Assembly: GCF_009834535.1 (NCBI RefSeq)
Contig: NC_045697.1
Location: forward strand, 72,604,001 to 72,668,000
Reading direction: 5' to 3'
DNA: 64,000 nt
DNA from: Camelus ferus
Lineage: Eukaryota
Positions within the stretch are counted from its first letter, which is position 1. Each line of letters opens with the position of its first letter. A program made the position numbers and the translations under genes. This document shows, one piece after another, positions 1 through 14,200 of this stretch. The notes under the pieces are model-generated. The model was not told the origin of the DNA. It made no database searches and worked only from the letters and a program-made list of their open reading frames with translations.

Positions 1-1244
1 TAACATTAGAAAAAAATTTAAAAAATAAAGAGAAAAAAATGTTCCAGTGTCCCCAACACAACCACTATTAGAGTTCTGGAATATTTCATTCCAGATTTTT
101 TCCCATTAACTTTTTTTTAAACATAGCAAACAATTAATTTACACATATAGGATTTTTCAGCTTTTCTTTTCCACTTAGATGATATGCATTTTCCTATACT
201 GTTACATAATATTCAAATTATTATTTTTAGTTGCTCCATTCTCTAGAGTGGATATGGACAAACCAAACTTTGTCTAGCTACCTTCTTAGTGTTGGCAATA
301 TGCAGGAGCTTCTGACAATGGTGGGCACAGAGCTAACGACATGAGAAATTAAGGCAGGGAACATATGGTCTTTGGTACCAATATGTCAGACACTATAATT
401 CGGAATCCTGTATCTTTATTCCTAAACAAAGGAATATACACAAAGACAAAGCTGATGGAGACAAAGTATTCTATGACACCACACTCAACGTACATTTCAA
501 AACTGACCTCAGCCTAGAAGCTTTTCAGCTACCAAGGTTATGAGTAAAATCTAATTTCTGTTGAAGACACACTAGAGAAATTGCATTTCCAAAAAGAGAC
601 ACATCAAGTAGGACTGGAAATGGGCACTCCAAGGGGATTCCTGATAGGCCTACTAATGGAGTTCTATGGTACCCAGATGGATAGAGGGGCCCCTAGAAAT
701 TCCAGACCCATTCTTTTATCCACATGAGTGATTCCAGCATGAACATGATTATCACAAGACCAAGGTGATCTCAGCCTTCCAGTCCAGATTTCAAGAACTC
801 TAATGTACAGAATGGCCCCTAAGAATCCCAAATGACCCTTTTATCAACATGATGGTTCTAGAATGAACACAATAAGAGCCAGTTGGTCCCAGTGAGTATA
901 ACTCTTCTTTCTCCTCACTTCTCTGTTGCCTCTTTCTCATGGGGCCCTATGATTACATTTTGCATTTGTTTAAAAGCAGCTATAAATTGTTGTATTTTAT
1001 TTTAAAAGATCTGTCAAAAAAATCTTCCCCTTATGAAAGTGGAAGTTACAAGTTTCAAATCAAGGTCAAGTACTTTTGGCCCATGGTTGATTCAAATTAT
1101 AGACAGGCTGAGAATACAAGATAACAGAGGAAGTGAAAATGCTTTTCTAGGACAGAAGGGTTCAAGCACAGGAAGAAAGAAAACAAGGCTGCTTTTCCAA
1201 GGCAGGAATATTGTGTGCCATGGTAAATGAGAAAAAAGAAGCTA

Positions 1245-1505
1245 ATTTAGACTATATCAAAATAAAAAACTTCTGTGCATCAAAGGACACAATCAACAGA
1301 GTGAAAAGGCAACCTATGGAATGCAAGAAAATATTTGCAAATCATACTACTGATAAAGGGTTAATATCCAGAAAAATATAAAGAACTTTTACAACTTAAC
1401 AAGAAAACCAACCCAATTTAGAAATGAGTAAAAACTTGAACAGGAATTTCTGCCACCTGAACTCTACCACTTTATTTAAAGAAGATATACAAATAGCTTA
1501 CAAGC
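1245..1505 (+). mobile_element. L1 ORF2 3' fragment
   Basis: AAAAACTTCTGTGCATCAAAGGACACAATCAACAGAGTGAAAAGGCAACCTATGGAATG...AAAATATTTGCAAATCATA is typical L1 sequence. Confidence 0.85.
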
Positions 1506-2124
1506 AGTCTGTTATATTTTGTTATGGAAGCCCTAGCAGATAAATACATCCCCACTTAAAAAAAATTACCGTTAGCATCTAGCTCTCCTTGTATATAATT
1601 AAATAACCAGTTAAGGTCTCAAGACAAAATGAACCACACTACCTAGAATGAATTATGGTAAGATTTAAGCACCTAATAGTAAAATTATGGCCCAAACGCT
1701 AGAAAGAGGCACAAGCACGACACACACATCGAATCTCTAGCAAACTCTAAACAAGTATAGTATACAAAATCTGATATAAAACAAATTATTTTAGCCATTA
1801 TTAATAATAAGCACTCAATCTTTCTTATATTCTTAGAATTCAGAGGTGCTTTTAAAAATGTATAAATTACATCAGGCCTCAGAAAAATATCAGCTCAAAG
1901 TTTGAACTAGTATTTTTTGTCTTTTCTTTTTCAAATTGATAATAAGCAGTTATAGTTGAAGTTATCTAAAAGACATCAGGATTAAGCTTGTAAAGTATTC
2001 TGAGTTATTACCACAGTGAATAATAAATTAGACAGAGATTACCTATCTGTATTCAAGTGTTTGAGGTTAAGTTTAGAAAGCTCACATACAAGTATATGAA
2101 AACCTGAATAGGAACACCCTTTAC

Positions 2125-2283
2125 CTTTTCCAGAAATTCATCCTTAGTTTCCCCTAAGTTTTCCTCTGTATGCAAATTCTTAGTAGTTTCCTCAGAAATT
2201 TTCATCTTTAGTGTGTTAATTGTTTCTTGGTGTTGTTTCAAAGACTCAAGAGCATTTCGTAATTGTTCCTGGGTGTCTATGTT
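2125..2283 (-). CDS. CENPE: CENPE exon 24 (159 nt; [26 protein letters not shown]...DEFLEK)
   Basis: Acceptor TTTCTCTGACGAAG, donor GTAAAG. Confidence 0.92.
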
Positions 2284-5200
2284 CTTCGTCAGAGAAACAA
2301 AATAATTTCCATTAGAATGTGAAACAATGAGACTAATTTTATAGTTATTGCTTGATCATACATAATAAATGATGGCTCCTGTAATGTTTTTAAAGAGGCT
2401 CTGAGTTTTCAAAGTTTAAACAGTCAAAATCTTACCATATTTACAGTATCCTGAATGTCACTTCTCAGTTGGTCCCTCTCGATTCGCAGGCTCTCTTGGA
2501 GTTGTTTTTGGTCATCCTTTTCTTGGGTTAAGGTTTTTACTTCCACTAAGGCTTGTTGAAGTTTCTCAGTAATCAGTGTTTTCTCCTTTTCTACAGTGTG
2601 CAGCCTAGAATCTCTACTTTCTAATTGTTCCTTCAGCTCTTCCACTTCCTTTAACCTTTCTTGATGCTCAGTTGTTTTCTTCTCAAGTTCTTGGGTTTTG
2701 TGAGACAGCTGTAAGATAAGAAAGAGTCAATGTGAAAAGCAGAATATTCTACATTGCATATATGGAAGCCAAACCCCAGAAGACTAAAGATCCTTTCCCT
2801 AGAAGATGTCTTTACCAACCTCTGTCTTCAAATCACCCAAACTTAAACCAAGTTCTTGAGCTTCTTTAGAGAGATTTCCTATTTCTTGATTCAGTCTTGC
2901 ATTCTCCTCAAGGACCATCTTATACTTTTGCTCAAACCCAGTATCATGATTTTTAAAATCCTGGAATTCTTGGTCAGTGCTTTCATAATTCAACTGGGAA
3001 GTTGCCAGGTTATTTTCAGTTTTCCCAATTTCTTTAAGTAAATCTTGAATTCTACTTTCCTTATGAACAACTTCAGAAAACAATTTGTCTTTTTCTGATG
3101 TTATTATACAGAGTTCTTCAGATTTATCATGTAGCTATGGAAAAGAAAGAAAACTTAGCTATGTTAGCAGTATATGATCTACTTAGCTTTCAGGGAAAAA
3201 AAAAACACAACTTACTTTGCCAAAAAAGAAAAAAGACATTGAAACTAAGCAAAGGTTTGACTGAGAAAAGGCAATACTGTAATTGTTGGTAACAATATAT
3301 TACCCTGTTTAACTTTATCTTCAAAGTTCTGTTTTCCAGCCTCTGGTTCTAAAAGGATTGCATGGAGAAGGACATCCAATAGAAACACAATCAGGAGGTG
3401 TCTTTATTTCCTTATCTATCATTTTAAAGTATTTTCTAACTTTCTGGTATGGTAGGCATTTTATGATTTTTCTTAGAATTTGACTTATATTGCTAACAAA
3501 CTGAGTCAAACATTTACAGTCTCTTTCCTGGTCCTTTCAAATAAAATGTGGCAAAACATTTAAGGCACTATTGCAAAGGTTTTTATTTCAAAATAATGTT
3601 GTTTGCTTAAAAATGTGTTTACCTCTTTCCTTAGCATTTCTACTTCTGAGGGTACAGATTTCAATTCTGAGAGCAAAGTAACTTCTTTACGCAAAGCTTC
3701 ATTTTCTTCAACTTCTTTATTCAGTTCTCTCTGGAGATTAGTTATGTTTCTTTCCAATTCCAAATTACAGAGCAAATCTAGGAAATTTTTAGTGAGTTAA
3801 ACAAAACACCTTCCAGTTATTGGGTCAATTTAAATTATATACATGGTTAGATTATTTAATCAGATTATATAAAATTTACGAAAGAGCCAGTGTTGGTAAA
3901 CAGTTAATCTAATTGTTAATCATCCTTTCTAAGATTGGGTTCAATTTATTTGAAAAATAACTTTTAAACCCTTATGATTTGAGGCCCATGGAAGTATTTA
4001 TCAATACTGATACCAAGTGGTATCAAAACTTAACATTAAGCTATTAAAAAGATCAGAGAATAATGGATTTTTAATTACTGGAATACAGCTGCAAAATCTT
4101 TTAGGTACATTTCTACAGAAAGTCAGGTTAAGTCTGAAATGATAAAATACCTTTTGGAACTTTGCCATCTATAAGGGAGGTGAGTTTTGTTATTTCATTA
4201 AAAGACGATTGTAATTCTTTCTCTAGATCAACTTGCATTTTCTTTTTCGCCTCCAACTGTCTTTGACATAACTGCATATCATTTTCCATTTGCTTGCATG
4301 TACTTGCAAGTTCTTTCTATTGAGAGAAACACTGCAGATTCAAAAAAAGGTACTATTGATCATTGCAACTGTTATTACAAATATTACTAAAATCATTTAC
4401 CATTTTCTCTTTCAGCTTGAGATTTTCACTTCTAAGAAAGGCTGATTCTCTCTTGGCATCAAGAGCTACAGTTTCAGCATCAAGCAGAGTCTGTTTCATT
4501 TGTTTTAGGTCTTCAGTGTTTTCCTATACAAATGACAAAAAAGATTTAGTAAAGTCTTTCTTAGAGTTGGAAAAGACTTAACATGTACATATATGTTACT
4601 CCTGACAAACAAAAAATGGTTAAAATGTGCTAACTGCCAAATGTATTTTTAGGATAGATAAAAACAAATGACATATTCCATAATAAAAATATTTTTTAAA
4701 TTATGGCTATATTTTTCCAATATGCTATAATAATTCTGTTATTGTTTGCAAAGGTTAACACAATTGTTCAGCTAGCCTGTTAAAGTTTCCAGTGTATTTT
4801 TATGTTATTCTCTGCAAAACATGACAGGTAGGAAGTTAATAGTAAAATTGAGGATGTTAAATCAAAAATTAAAATGAAAAAGGTAAATAATCCAATTGAA
4901 AAATAAAGAAAAGATGAATAAGCAACTCACAGAAGAGTAAATGCAAATGACTGATACATACATAAAAAAAAATCCAGTCTCATTTTTAGAAAGAAGTGGC
5001 ATTTTAACATGACTTGAGCTTACATGAATTCAACCACATGTCCTTGGCAAAATATTAATGCATGCATGCATGAATGAATGAATGAATTGGATGAATTAAG
5101 AGAAAGAAATAAACAATTTAAAATAATCGGCAATTCTACCTGCCATTCTATCAACAGATACTCTAGGACGATATAAAAGTGTCTTTCTTCCCAGGACCTC

Positions 5201-8200
5201 AGAACAATGAGAACACTTTTAAAAAGAATCGTTTGTCATTAACAGAAGGTAACAAAAGAGCACTAATAGAACAAAATGTACTATGAAAAACTCAGATATA
5301 AACAAAAGGACAAAAAAAAAAGATTCTAGAACTTCCAACTAGAAATTATTGCATTTTAAAAAAAACAATGTTAAAAACTAGAATCCAACTAAACTTTCTT
5401 GAAGTAATTAGGTAGATAGAAAGCAAATAGAAAAAGTTAATTTCACCACGAGATTCAACATTATTTAATGCTATGATCTTATACCAACTAAAATCATACC
5501 AAACAGTTAAAATAGTTGCTTAATTATGAGAATGCATTAATATCTATTAAGGAAATGTAGTTAATGAAATTTATGAAATCATGCTCAATTACGTATGTTT
5601 TATAGTTTTAGTTACTTATCACTGCCAAGTTAAGTGCTCATTGGAAAATATTGACTATATACTTCTGCATAATTTGTATAAAACAACTGAAAAAAATTAA
5701 AAAAATGTTGAATTACTGATTTTTAATAAAAGCCCATCCCTAACTTATTTACTTTTAGTCAAAGGATAATATCCTCAACTCTCAATGAATGAGTCTTTAT
5801 CCATAAAATGGTAATGATACTAACAGTGCTTTTCTTATAGGGTGACAGGATTAAATAAAATACTATATATAAAACAACTAGAACAATGTTGGGCACACAG
5901 TAGGCTCAATACAAACATTTGCTATGATGATGATGATGATAGTATCCTGCAAATGCCAAAATGATTACATAACAAAATAAACCTGACTTTTACCGATGAA
6001 TATGACAAGTCCATTTTCATACTTCCTGACTTCTGGGAGTCTACGTATTTCTGTAGCTTCTTAATCTGGTCTTCCTTTTCTCTAAGCAGCTCTACTTTTG
6101 AACTTAGTTCATTCTAAAACAATTAAATAAACATGAAACAATTTACTTCAGTTTGAATTCAAAGGGATTAAAAAGAAATTACATTTAAAATTTTAAAAAG
6201 ACAGTAAAATTCAAAACATTGACATTTAAAAAGTATAATTCCTTCTGTTTTTTGAAATCATGTTCAATTACATATGATGTATATTTTATAGTTTTAGTTT
6301 CTTATCAATAGAAATACCAACATAAATGCTCACCTCAAGATCTTGATTATACACTTCTGCATGCTTAACTAAATTCTTTAAGTTGGAAATTTCATGAATT
6401 AGTTGCATCTGTAAGAGCATGTGAACAGGCAACAGAGCAAACCAATAGTTAATAAAGCAAAAAAAAAAAAAAAAAAAAAGATAGCATTCATATACCGCTT
6501 TAGAATCACCCAACACAGTAGGAAGGACAGTGGGATCAATCGTTCAAGCTACTGCAACAAAGCACCTTGTTATTTAAAAATAAATAAAAGCCAAACCTAA
6601 CCAACCAAACAAAAAAAATCCCCAAACCTCATGAAACAAGCAAGTAAGGAAAAAAAATTCATCATGACTTCAAAAAAGTTATGTCATCTGTTAATAAAGC
6701 TACAATAATGTCAAAAGAAAATTAGTATGCACCACTTGTAGAAGATAAAGTAGTAATCAAACTTTCAAGAAACATACTTTTAATAGATTTTTGTTTTGGG
6801 TAAGTTAAGTGCAGAAATGTATTTATTCTGTAAGATTTTTTTCCCTTCCCATAAATTACCCACCTAGCTTTACACTGGCATAATTTTTAATGAGTTGTGA
6901 CTTGGAATTTAGGTTTGGAATATGATAAGCTTCATGTGGTGCCTTTACAACGTTATTACTGTTCACCAAAGCTATATATATATAGCTTAACTATTACCTT
7001 GTTGGTTCATTCTACAGGAAATATTGAAAAGATAAAGTTATTGCTTTATATTGTTCAACTGTCTAAAAGTATAAAAAATACTTAAAGATAAAGATTTCTA
7101 TTAAAGTTTTCTTTTTATTGAAATATCTGTAGCATTAAATATTTGAGTACCAGAAACTTTTGTGTTCAAAACAAGTATACTACAGTTTAACAAAGATATA
7201 TGTATCTGCCCTTAGAATTATTTAATCTTCATAATCAGATAAGTCCTTTAAAGAGCAAAAGGAAATACTAGTCAAATTAAGGGACTTACAAAAATAGCAT
7301 CTTATTTAAATAATATTTTCTGGATGTGTAATTCAGTCCTAACTAGTTTTAGATTTCAGACTAGTGCTAGTTTGACATTCCTATTTTAGGTCAGTGTCAT
7401 TTAATAGAAATATAATGTGAGCCAAATTTGTAATTCAAAATTTTCTAGCAGCCACCTGTGTAAAAAGAAACAGGTAGAATCAATTTTAATATAATTTATC
7501 TAACCTAATATATCCAAAAAATCATTTCTTCATGTAATCAATATTAAAAGTTAATGTACTATTTCATATTCCTTTTTTCAGACTTGAGTCAATTGAGATT
7601 GGTCTCATTTGAAGTGCTCAATTGCCACATGTGATTAGTGCCTACCTCACTGTTCAGCAAAGTTTTAAACATGTGCATTGGTTATAATTTTTATTTTATT
7701 TTGTTTTTTTGGCTATAATTTAAATTGACTCTTTTACCTTCTCTTCTCTGTTTCTAATTTTTGTGCAAGAAAACCAATTTTGTCTGTTTGTAACTTTTGT
7801 GCAAGAAAATCATATATCTATGAGAAATGAAGAATAAATAATCAATTTTAAGTTTTGAGAACATTTAGAAAGAAATGTTCTCCCACTTCTTATTTGAAAT
7901 AGCTCTTCATTTTAAGTACTGGTTCATACACATAGTAAAAGATTATGTAACTATCGTAATGATCTGAGTGTACTCTCCCAAAGTATTGTTTAAAATGTAG
8001 AGCACAGAGAAAGTATGATATGATTAAAAGTCAATTCACTGCTACATAAGAAAATATTGCATATTTCAACTGTAATTTTCAGCAGGTATAGTGAAATATT
8101 TAATTAACTTCTTGAGACAAAATCTCCAAGTTGTGAAAATTATAAAATTAAATCAAGTTAAAATAGGTAGAGAGAGGAAATTTCTCTTGTTCCCTGGGCA

Positions 8201-11200
8201 TACTACCTGACCTTGTTTATTCCTTCCTTTAAAATTATTTTTAAACATCTTGTATTACTGTATCCACACTTGAAAATTATCCACAGCTTTGGTAATTTTT
8301 GACAAAACCAAGGCCACCTGTCCTCAGGCTGTAATTTGACTTTTAGTCCTTTTTTGGTTAAAATTTTCCCTAAAATGTAAGTTCTAGAACATGTTTCATT
8401 GTATACACATAGAATTGTATTTTTAGCTTAACATGGAACGGATATTATAAAACTATCTTTGAACAAAGTCAGTTTTTATTATTTAATCTTTTAGGTTACC
8501 TCACAGGACCTAGAATTTCGATTTGTGTCCAAGCAAAAATGAAGAGAACAGAATTACTACCACCTTAACTGTAAAAAGGAAAAAGCAATCAAAATCAAGA
8601 TGAGAGATTCAAGGCATACATCCTGTGTTATTTTGTAATCTTTTCACATGTGATTCAATTCAGGGAGCTTCACTTTTAATGACTGAATATATAAATGATT
8701 TAAGAAAAATTACAAAACTTATTGCTATGCCTATGCCAGAAGTTAATTTTATGCCGTATTATTTATAAAGTATATATAAAAAATTAGATGAAATTCTGGA
8801 GTTAGAAGGGGACTTGGCAAGCCCTCTATCTAACTTTAAGGGGGTAAGATACACAGGAAGTAAGCCCTGAGAAATTTGATGACTTGTTTAAGGCCTTGCC
8901 AGTAATTTATTCCAGGCTCAGATCTGTGGTGAGCTAGTGAACAGCAAAACTGGGCTTCATTCCAGGTAGTTCGCTCCAGAAACCATGCACTAGAGCACCC
9001 CCTCTCAATAAAACCCAGTTTATGGACTGAAGTCCACTGTCCTTTTCATGATGATTTACATTTTGTGAACACACAAATTTTAAAACAAATTAAATGAAAC
9101 TGTGGAGAAGTTACAGACTTTTGTCTCTCAGGATATGACACCTACGAAATGTAGGAGTAAATTTAAACTGTAGGTAGAACAGAAACAATAGTTTTGGCAT
9201 AGAAATCTTTTTTCTTTTTGAAAAAGAAAAATGGGTGAGAAACTAAACAATGATACTCAGGAAAAAGGATTGTGTCCCTTTGGGCTATCCACAGAGAAAT
9301 CTGGGAAGTAGCTGCAAATTAATTCATATTTTAACTACCCTAAAACGCTGGCTCTTATTTTTGAGGGGATTCATGAATCATGTCACAAGTCTGATAACAA
9401 CTATGGATTCTTATTTCAGAAAATTAAACATGCACTCCAAAATTCTGTAAAATAATTTCATAGTGTCTATGAACTCTAGGTTAAGGATTCTCCACACTAA
9501 GAAATCTCTTGAATCTTTGGACAGTTTCCAAGTCCCCAAAGACTGATGGTTTCTGGATTAGGTCCTTTTAACATGTAGCCTAATATTATATACTTGAAAA
9601 ATTAAAGTGATCCATTTCATTTCTAAAAATTCCATTAAAACTATTCAGTATTAGTTATACTAATTTTCGCAGTAGCTTTCTTATATGAAAAAAAAATGTG
9701 CAAAATTAGCTTCCCCAGCTATTCTAATAATGTTCTAGATATTTAGGAATATACTTTCTAAAGAAAACACAATCCATTAATAGGTAGTATCCATATATAA
9801 ACCATTCAGCTAGATATTAAAGTTGATGTTGGTCTCAGTAGGAAATGTCTATGTTCCAGGTAGCATTTCTGATAGGCTCAACAAATTAAATATCGATAAT
9901 ACACAAGTTATAAGGAAATTATTTCTTCAAAACAAATCCATCAATAGGCACTCATCAAACTTCCTAAAGATGTTTTGATTCCTTCTTCTTATGTGTAAGC
10001 ACAAATGAAACAAATATGATTTAACTATTTTTATTAAAAATTTACTTATTTATTTATGGGAAGAGGTTATTAGGTTTATTTATTTTTATTTTATTTATTT
10101 TTTAATGGAGGTCCTGGGGATAGAACCCAGAACCCTGGGCATGCTAAGCATGCTCTCTACCACTGAGCTATATCCTCCTCTCCCCTGATTTAACTATTTT
10201 TAAAACAATATAAATAAATTATTTCTTAAATTCTCTAAATTGTGTATACACATGGGAAATGGTTGGATCCTCAATATCTCAACCTTAGAAATAAGTATCT
10301 TTTAAGAGAATGGTACTTCTTTTAAACACGTGGTTTTAGTTTATTTTCACACTTCCCTATCTTTTACCTCTTGATCTTTTTCCGCTTTTCTTTCCAGAGC
10401 CTCAAATTCATCCAAATCATTCTTTTCTTTTAATTTCAATTCCATTTCTTCATTTTCTTTTCTTAGCTGTTCATAATCTAATACCAGATTATCGTAGTTA
10501 GCACGAAGTGAACTCAATTCACTTTCTAAGCTTTCCTATTGTAAATAAAATCAGATTTTCAAGTCAGAGAGAATTCAAATCATATATTCTTTGTTTCCTT
10601 AACTAAAATTTGGATTAGTCAAATAAGTATTTAACCCTGAATCATTTGGTAGTTTAGGTCATTTCTTCTTTAATATCTTTTTAATGGTCTAGCTTGATCC
10701 AGAATAAATTAAAGGGTTGGCATTTTGATAAACCAGCTAACTTAGAATAGAAGAAGGTTATTGAAAGGGGTAGAATTAAATATATATATATATATATATC
10801 ATATGAACAAATGCTTTGTCTGTGCTTGACTAGAAAAGCTGAGTCAGAAGTAGGAGGCAGAGCTCATAATGGGCTATAGACCTTTAAGCTCCTTAGTAAT
10901 AAAACTGATCATTTAATTCTCTGTCTGACTACTATATTATTTCTCAGACAGCTCTGAATTTAAGAAGTGAAACTGAACGATTATTTACTGACCTTTAAAC
11001 TCTAGTGGCTGCTAAGGTCTTACTCTACTCAAAAGAGGCCTATTTCCCCTTTCTATACTAGTATGAGAAAGTTAAACCATGAGTTAAAAACAAACAAAAA
11101 CTAATACCAGGGATTTTCAAAAAACAACAAACTTCTAGAGTATGTTTTAGGGACACAAAAGCACTTCACCTAAACACTTAACTAATTATAACTAATTGCA

Positions 11201-14200
11201 ATGGTTAGCTAATGGTAATAATAATTCCCCAGAATCACTGCAATTTTATTACAAAATAAAAACAAAATTTTCTTAAACAAATACATTTGCAAAACTAAAC
11301 TACATTTCTTTGAACATTAGCAGCCTAGAAAGTAAACATGGAATTTAAATTTACTAAATTATTAACTATAGTATTCCTTATTTCTTAAAGTTTTGATAGG
11401 ACAATAGACATATAATACATTTACTTTTTTTTTTTAGCATTAGTTGGCAATATTACCCCTCCCTGATGTGTCATTCTTTTAATATATGCAGGAAAACTTT
11501 GATAGTTTAAAAATCAGCTCTTTTTACCCTAGGGGATTGCTCAAGGCAAAATAGAAACTTAAAAAAAAACCCAAAAACAAAAAACCCCAACAAATAGATG
11601 CCAAGATCTGCTGACAAAGAACTAGAATCAAAGGTTTACCTATCACCATATACCTGCTGTGTGAAGTTTTTAGCCTCCCTTTGGATGCCAGTTATCAACT
11701 AGGAATGTAACAAGTAGGAGGAGCTTTAATTAGAACCAATAATTAGAACCAAACGGCTACCAAAATTAAGTCAGAGCTAGTAAAGCGTTATAACAACAAT
11801 AAACACCAATAACAAATGAATTTAAACAAGAGTAAAAGGATAATGTTCTGTTAAATACATTTAAGTTACCTGATTTAGTAGCTTTGTTGCTGGATTCCAC
11901 TCTACCTCACTTAATGTATCAAGAGTGTTACTGAAAATATCAGACTCTGAACAGAGAGCTATAATTAGAAGGAAAAAAATTTATCCATGAAATTGTTATT
12001 TTCTTAAAACTCAAATTAAAGATTAAAAAAATTCTGACCAGAGGTAATAAACTTAAATTAGCTAATTACGTGCTCACAATATGAATGTCAAGAATACATT
12101 AACAACAGACGTAATCATTTGTATTACTGTGTGATTTAAGATCACTGGTTAGAATGAGTGATAAATTATAGGGGTCCTTAATACAATATAGGCCAAAATG
12201 ACAAATTCTAAATGTGACATTTAATTATTATAAATTTAAAAGTGCCCCTAAAAATACTTATAACTCATGTTGGAGAAATAATTTTGAAACAGATTCCTGG
12301 GTAAATGCCACCCTTGCAAGATTAGCAAAGTTTAAGGCAGATGTTATACAGAAACTAATTTAACTGGATAATGATTAGAACAAAAACATACAATAAAAAC
12401 ATGTCTCATGTGTTTCAACTACAGTGCATCATTCTTAAGAGATCTGGAAACAACAGAGAACTTTATGAACGTTCACTTTCTTAAAATTACTTATTTTTAT
12501 CATTATCTCTATTGTAATTATACTAAAATAAATACATTTTAATTTTATTTAAATGTGTTTATCACATTAACTAAGTTATAAAGTCTTTATAGGGATGCTT
12601 TTATAATTAAAAGTAGTTGAAAAAGTACTCACATTCATCAATTTCTCCTAAAGTTACAGCAGCCTTAGGTGTTTTTGTTGTTACAGTTGCAGGAATATTA
12701 AATTCATTTACGCAGTTTGAGTCCTTCATTTTGTTAATTTTGCCAACACACCAAGTGACTCTTCGTTTTTTTTTAGCCTAAAAAGATGGAAATCAAAATT
12801 ACCTCACACAGATCCAGGCTCAAACATTGTACAACAAGGAAACTCATTTCCATTTTTAAAAACCATTGACTTGGTAGAATTTTTACTACACCTAGTTTAA
12901 TATCTTACTAGTTTAAGGATATCCTGAAATAAGAAAATATACTCAAACTTTTCAAATCAGTGTTTAACCCCATAATAAATTTAGTGAAACTACAGTTCAA
13001 ATTATATTTTTTATTGGACGGTTTACTTACAAGCTTCTCTGGAACTTAACTGAAAGGAATCAGTTGACTCACAGCTCTTCAAGTAATCTGGTGTTACATG
13101 GAAGGGACAGCTGTTGCTGCCACCACCATAGCTACCAAAAGCACTTTTGGATACTCAGTTCTGCTCCCTCAGTGATCTGTTCATCTGTCATCTTCCCTAG
13201 CCCCTTCCTCTCAGCTTTACAAATGCTCAAGCCTATTTACTTGCTTTTGAGTTTTTAAAAAAAATAAACTCCTGACTCCTCACTTCTTTCTAGCTACGGT
13301 TTTCTTTTAGTTTCTATGTTGTCTTCTTCCTCCTCATCTACCTACTTCTTCCTCAGCCCTTCAGGGATCCCTTGTATGGTTCTTATCTCACCCAGCTAGC
13401 TGTCTGCATCTCTCACTCTGCTTTACTGGTTTCTCTTCCCCTGACCACCTCCTGAACGTTTGTGTCTTTCCGTATTCCATAGCTGCCAGTCTTCTCTTGT
13501 GCCTCTACTAGTACAAAGATGAGCTCATCTTATTTCATCCTCTCATCAATCCTCTATTACTACATCCATTTTATAGATGAGCTTTTTGAATTTTACAGAC
13601 ATTTAACGAGTGTCCAAAAACTTTGGAGAAGTACGGTCATACATGGTGGCTGAGCCCATGCCTGTAACTTCAGAGCCAATCCACCAACAATTCTACTGCA
13701 CTGCCACTCAAGATTATCTGCTGTTCCACACCAAAATGCATGCTTTCATGCCTCTACTACATACTACCCTTCTGCTTGAAGTGGCCAGCCCTTTCCATAC
13801 CCTGCTTTGCAAAAACCCAGTTTTGTATAAATCCTGGACTCCAATGACCTTCAGCTCAACTCCATGTGCTCCCAAAGCCACTCCTGGACCTTGTCACTAT
13901 CTTAAACTCATAAACCCAGACGCTCTGCTCTTAACACAGTTGCTACTCTTCCACTTCCCTGATCCAGTTAATCCCATTATAGCTGTTTAGCTTCTTTTCT
14001 TCCCTGTCTTTTCATCCTATCATCTTAGATTCCATAGATCATCACTTCAATTATGTTTTTGGGTCAACAGCCTCAAATTATTGGGCCCAGTCTCTGTTCC
14101 CCTCACCTATCAGAACACAGTGTACGCTGAGATGAATTATACTCCCTTTTGAGCCTTTATCAGTCTCCTGAACGTTGCCAGATCCAGTCAGAAGCCTGGC

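Noticed and set aside
1..2124. Further CENPE exons
   Set aside because: No minus-strand segment matching the next expected CENP-E sequence was found; the region is intronic, with L1 fragments.
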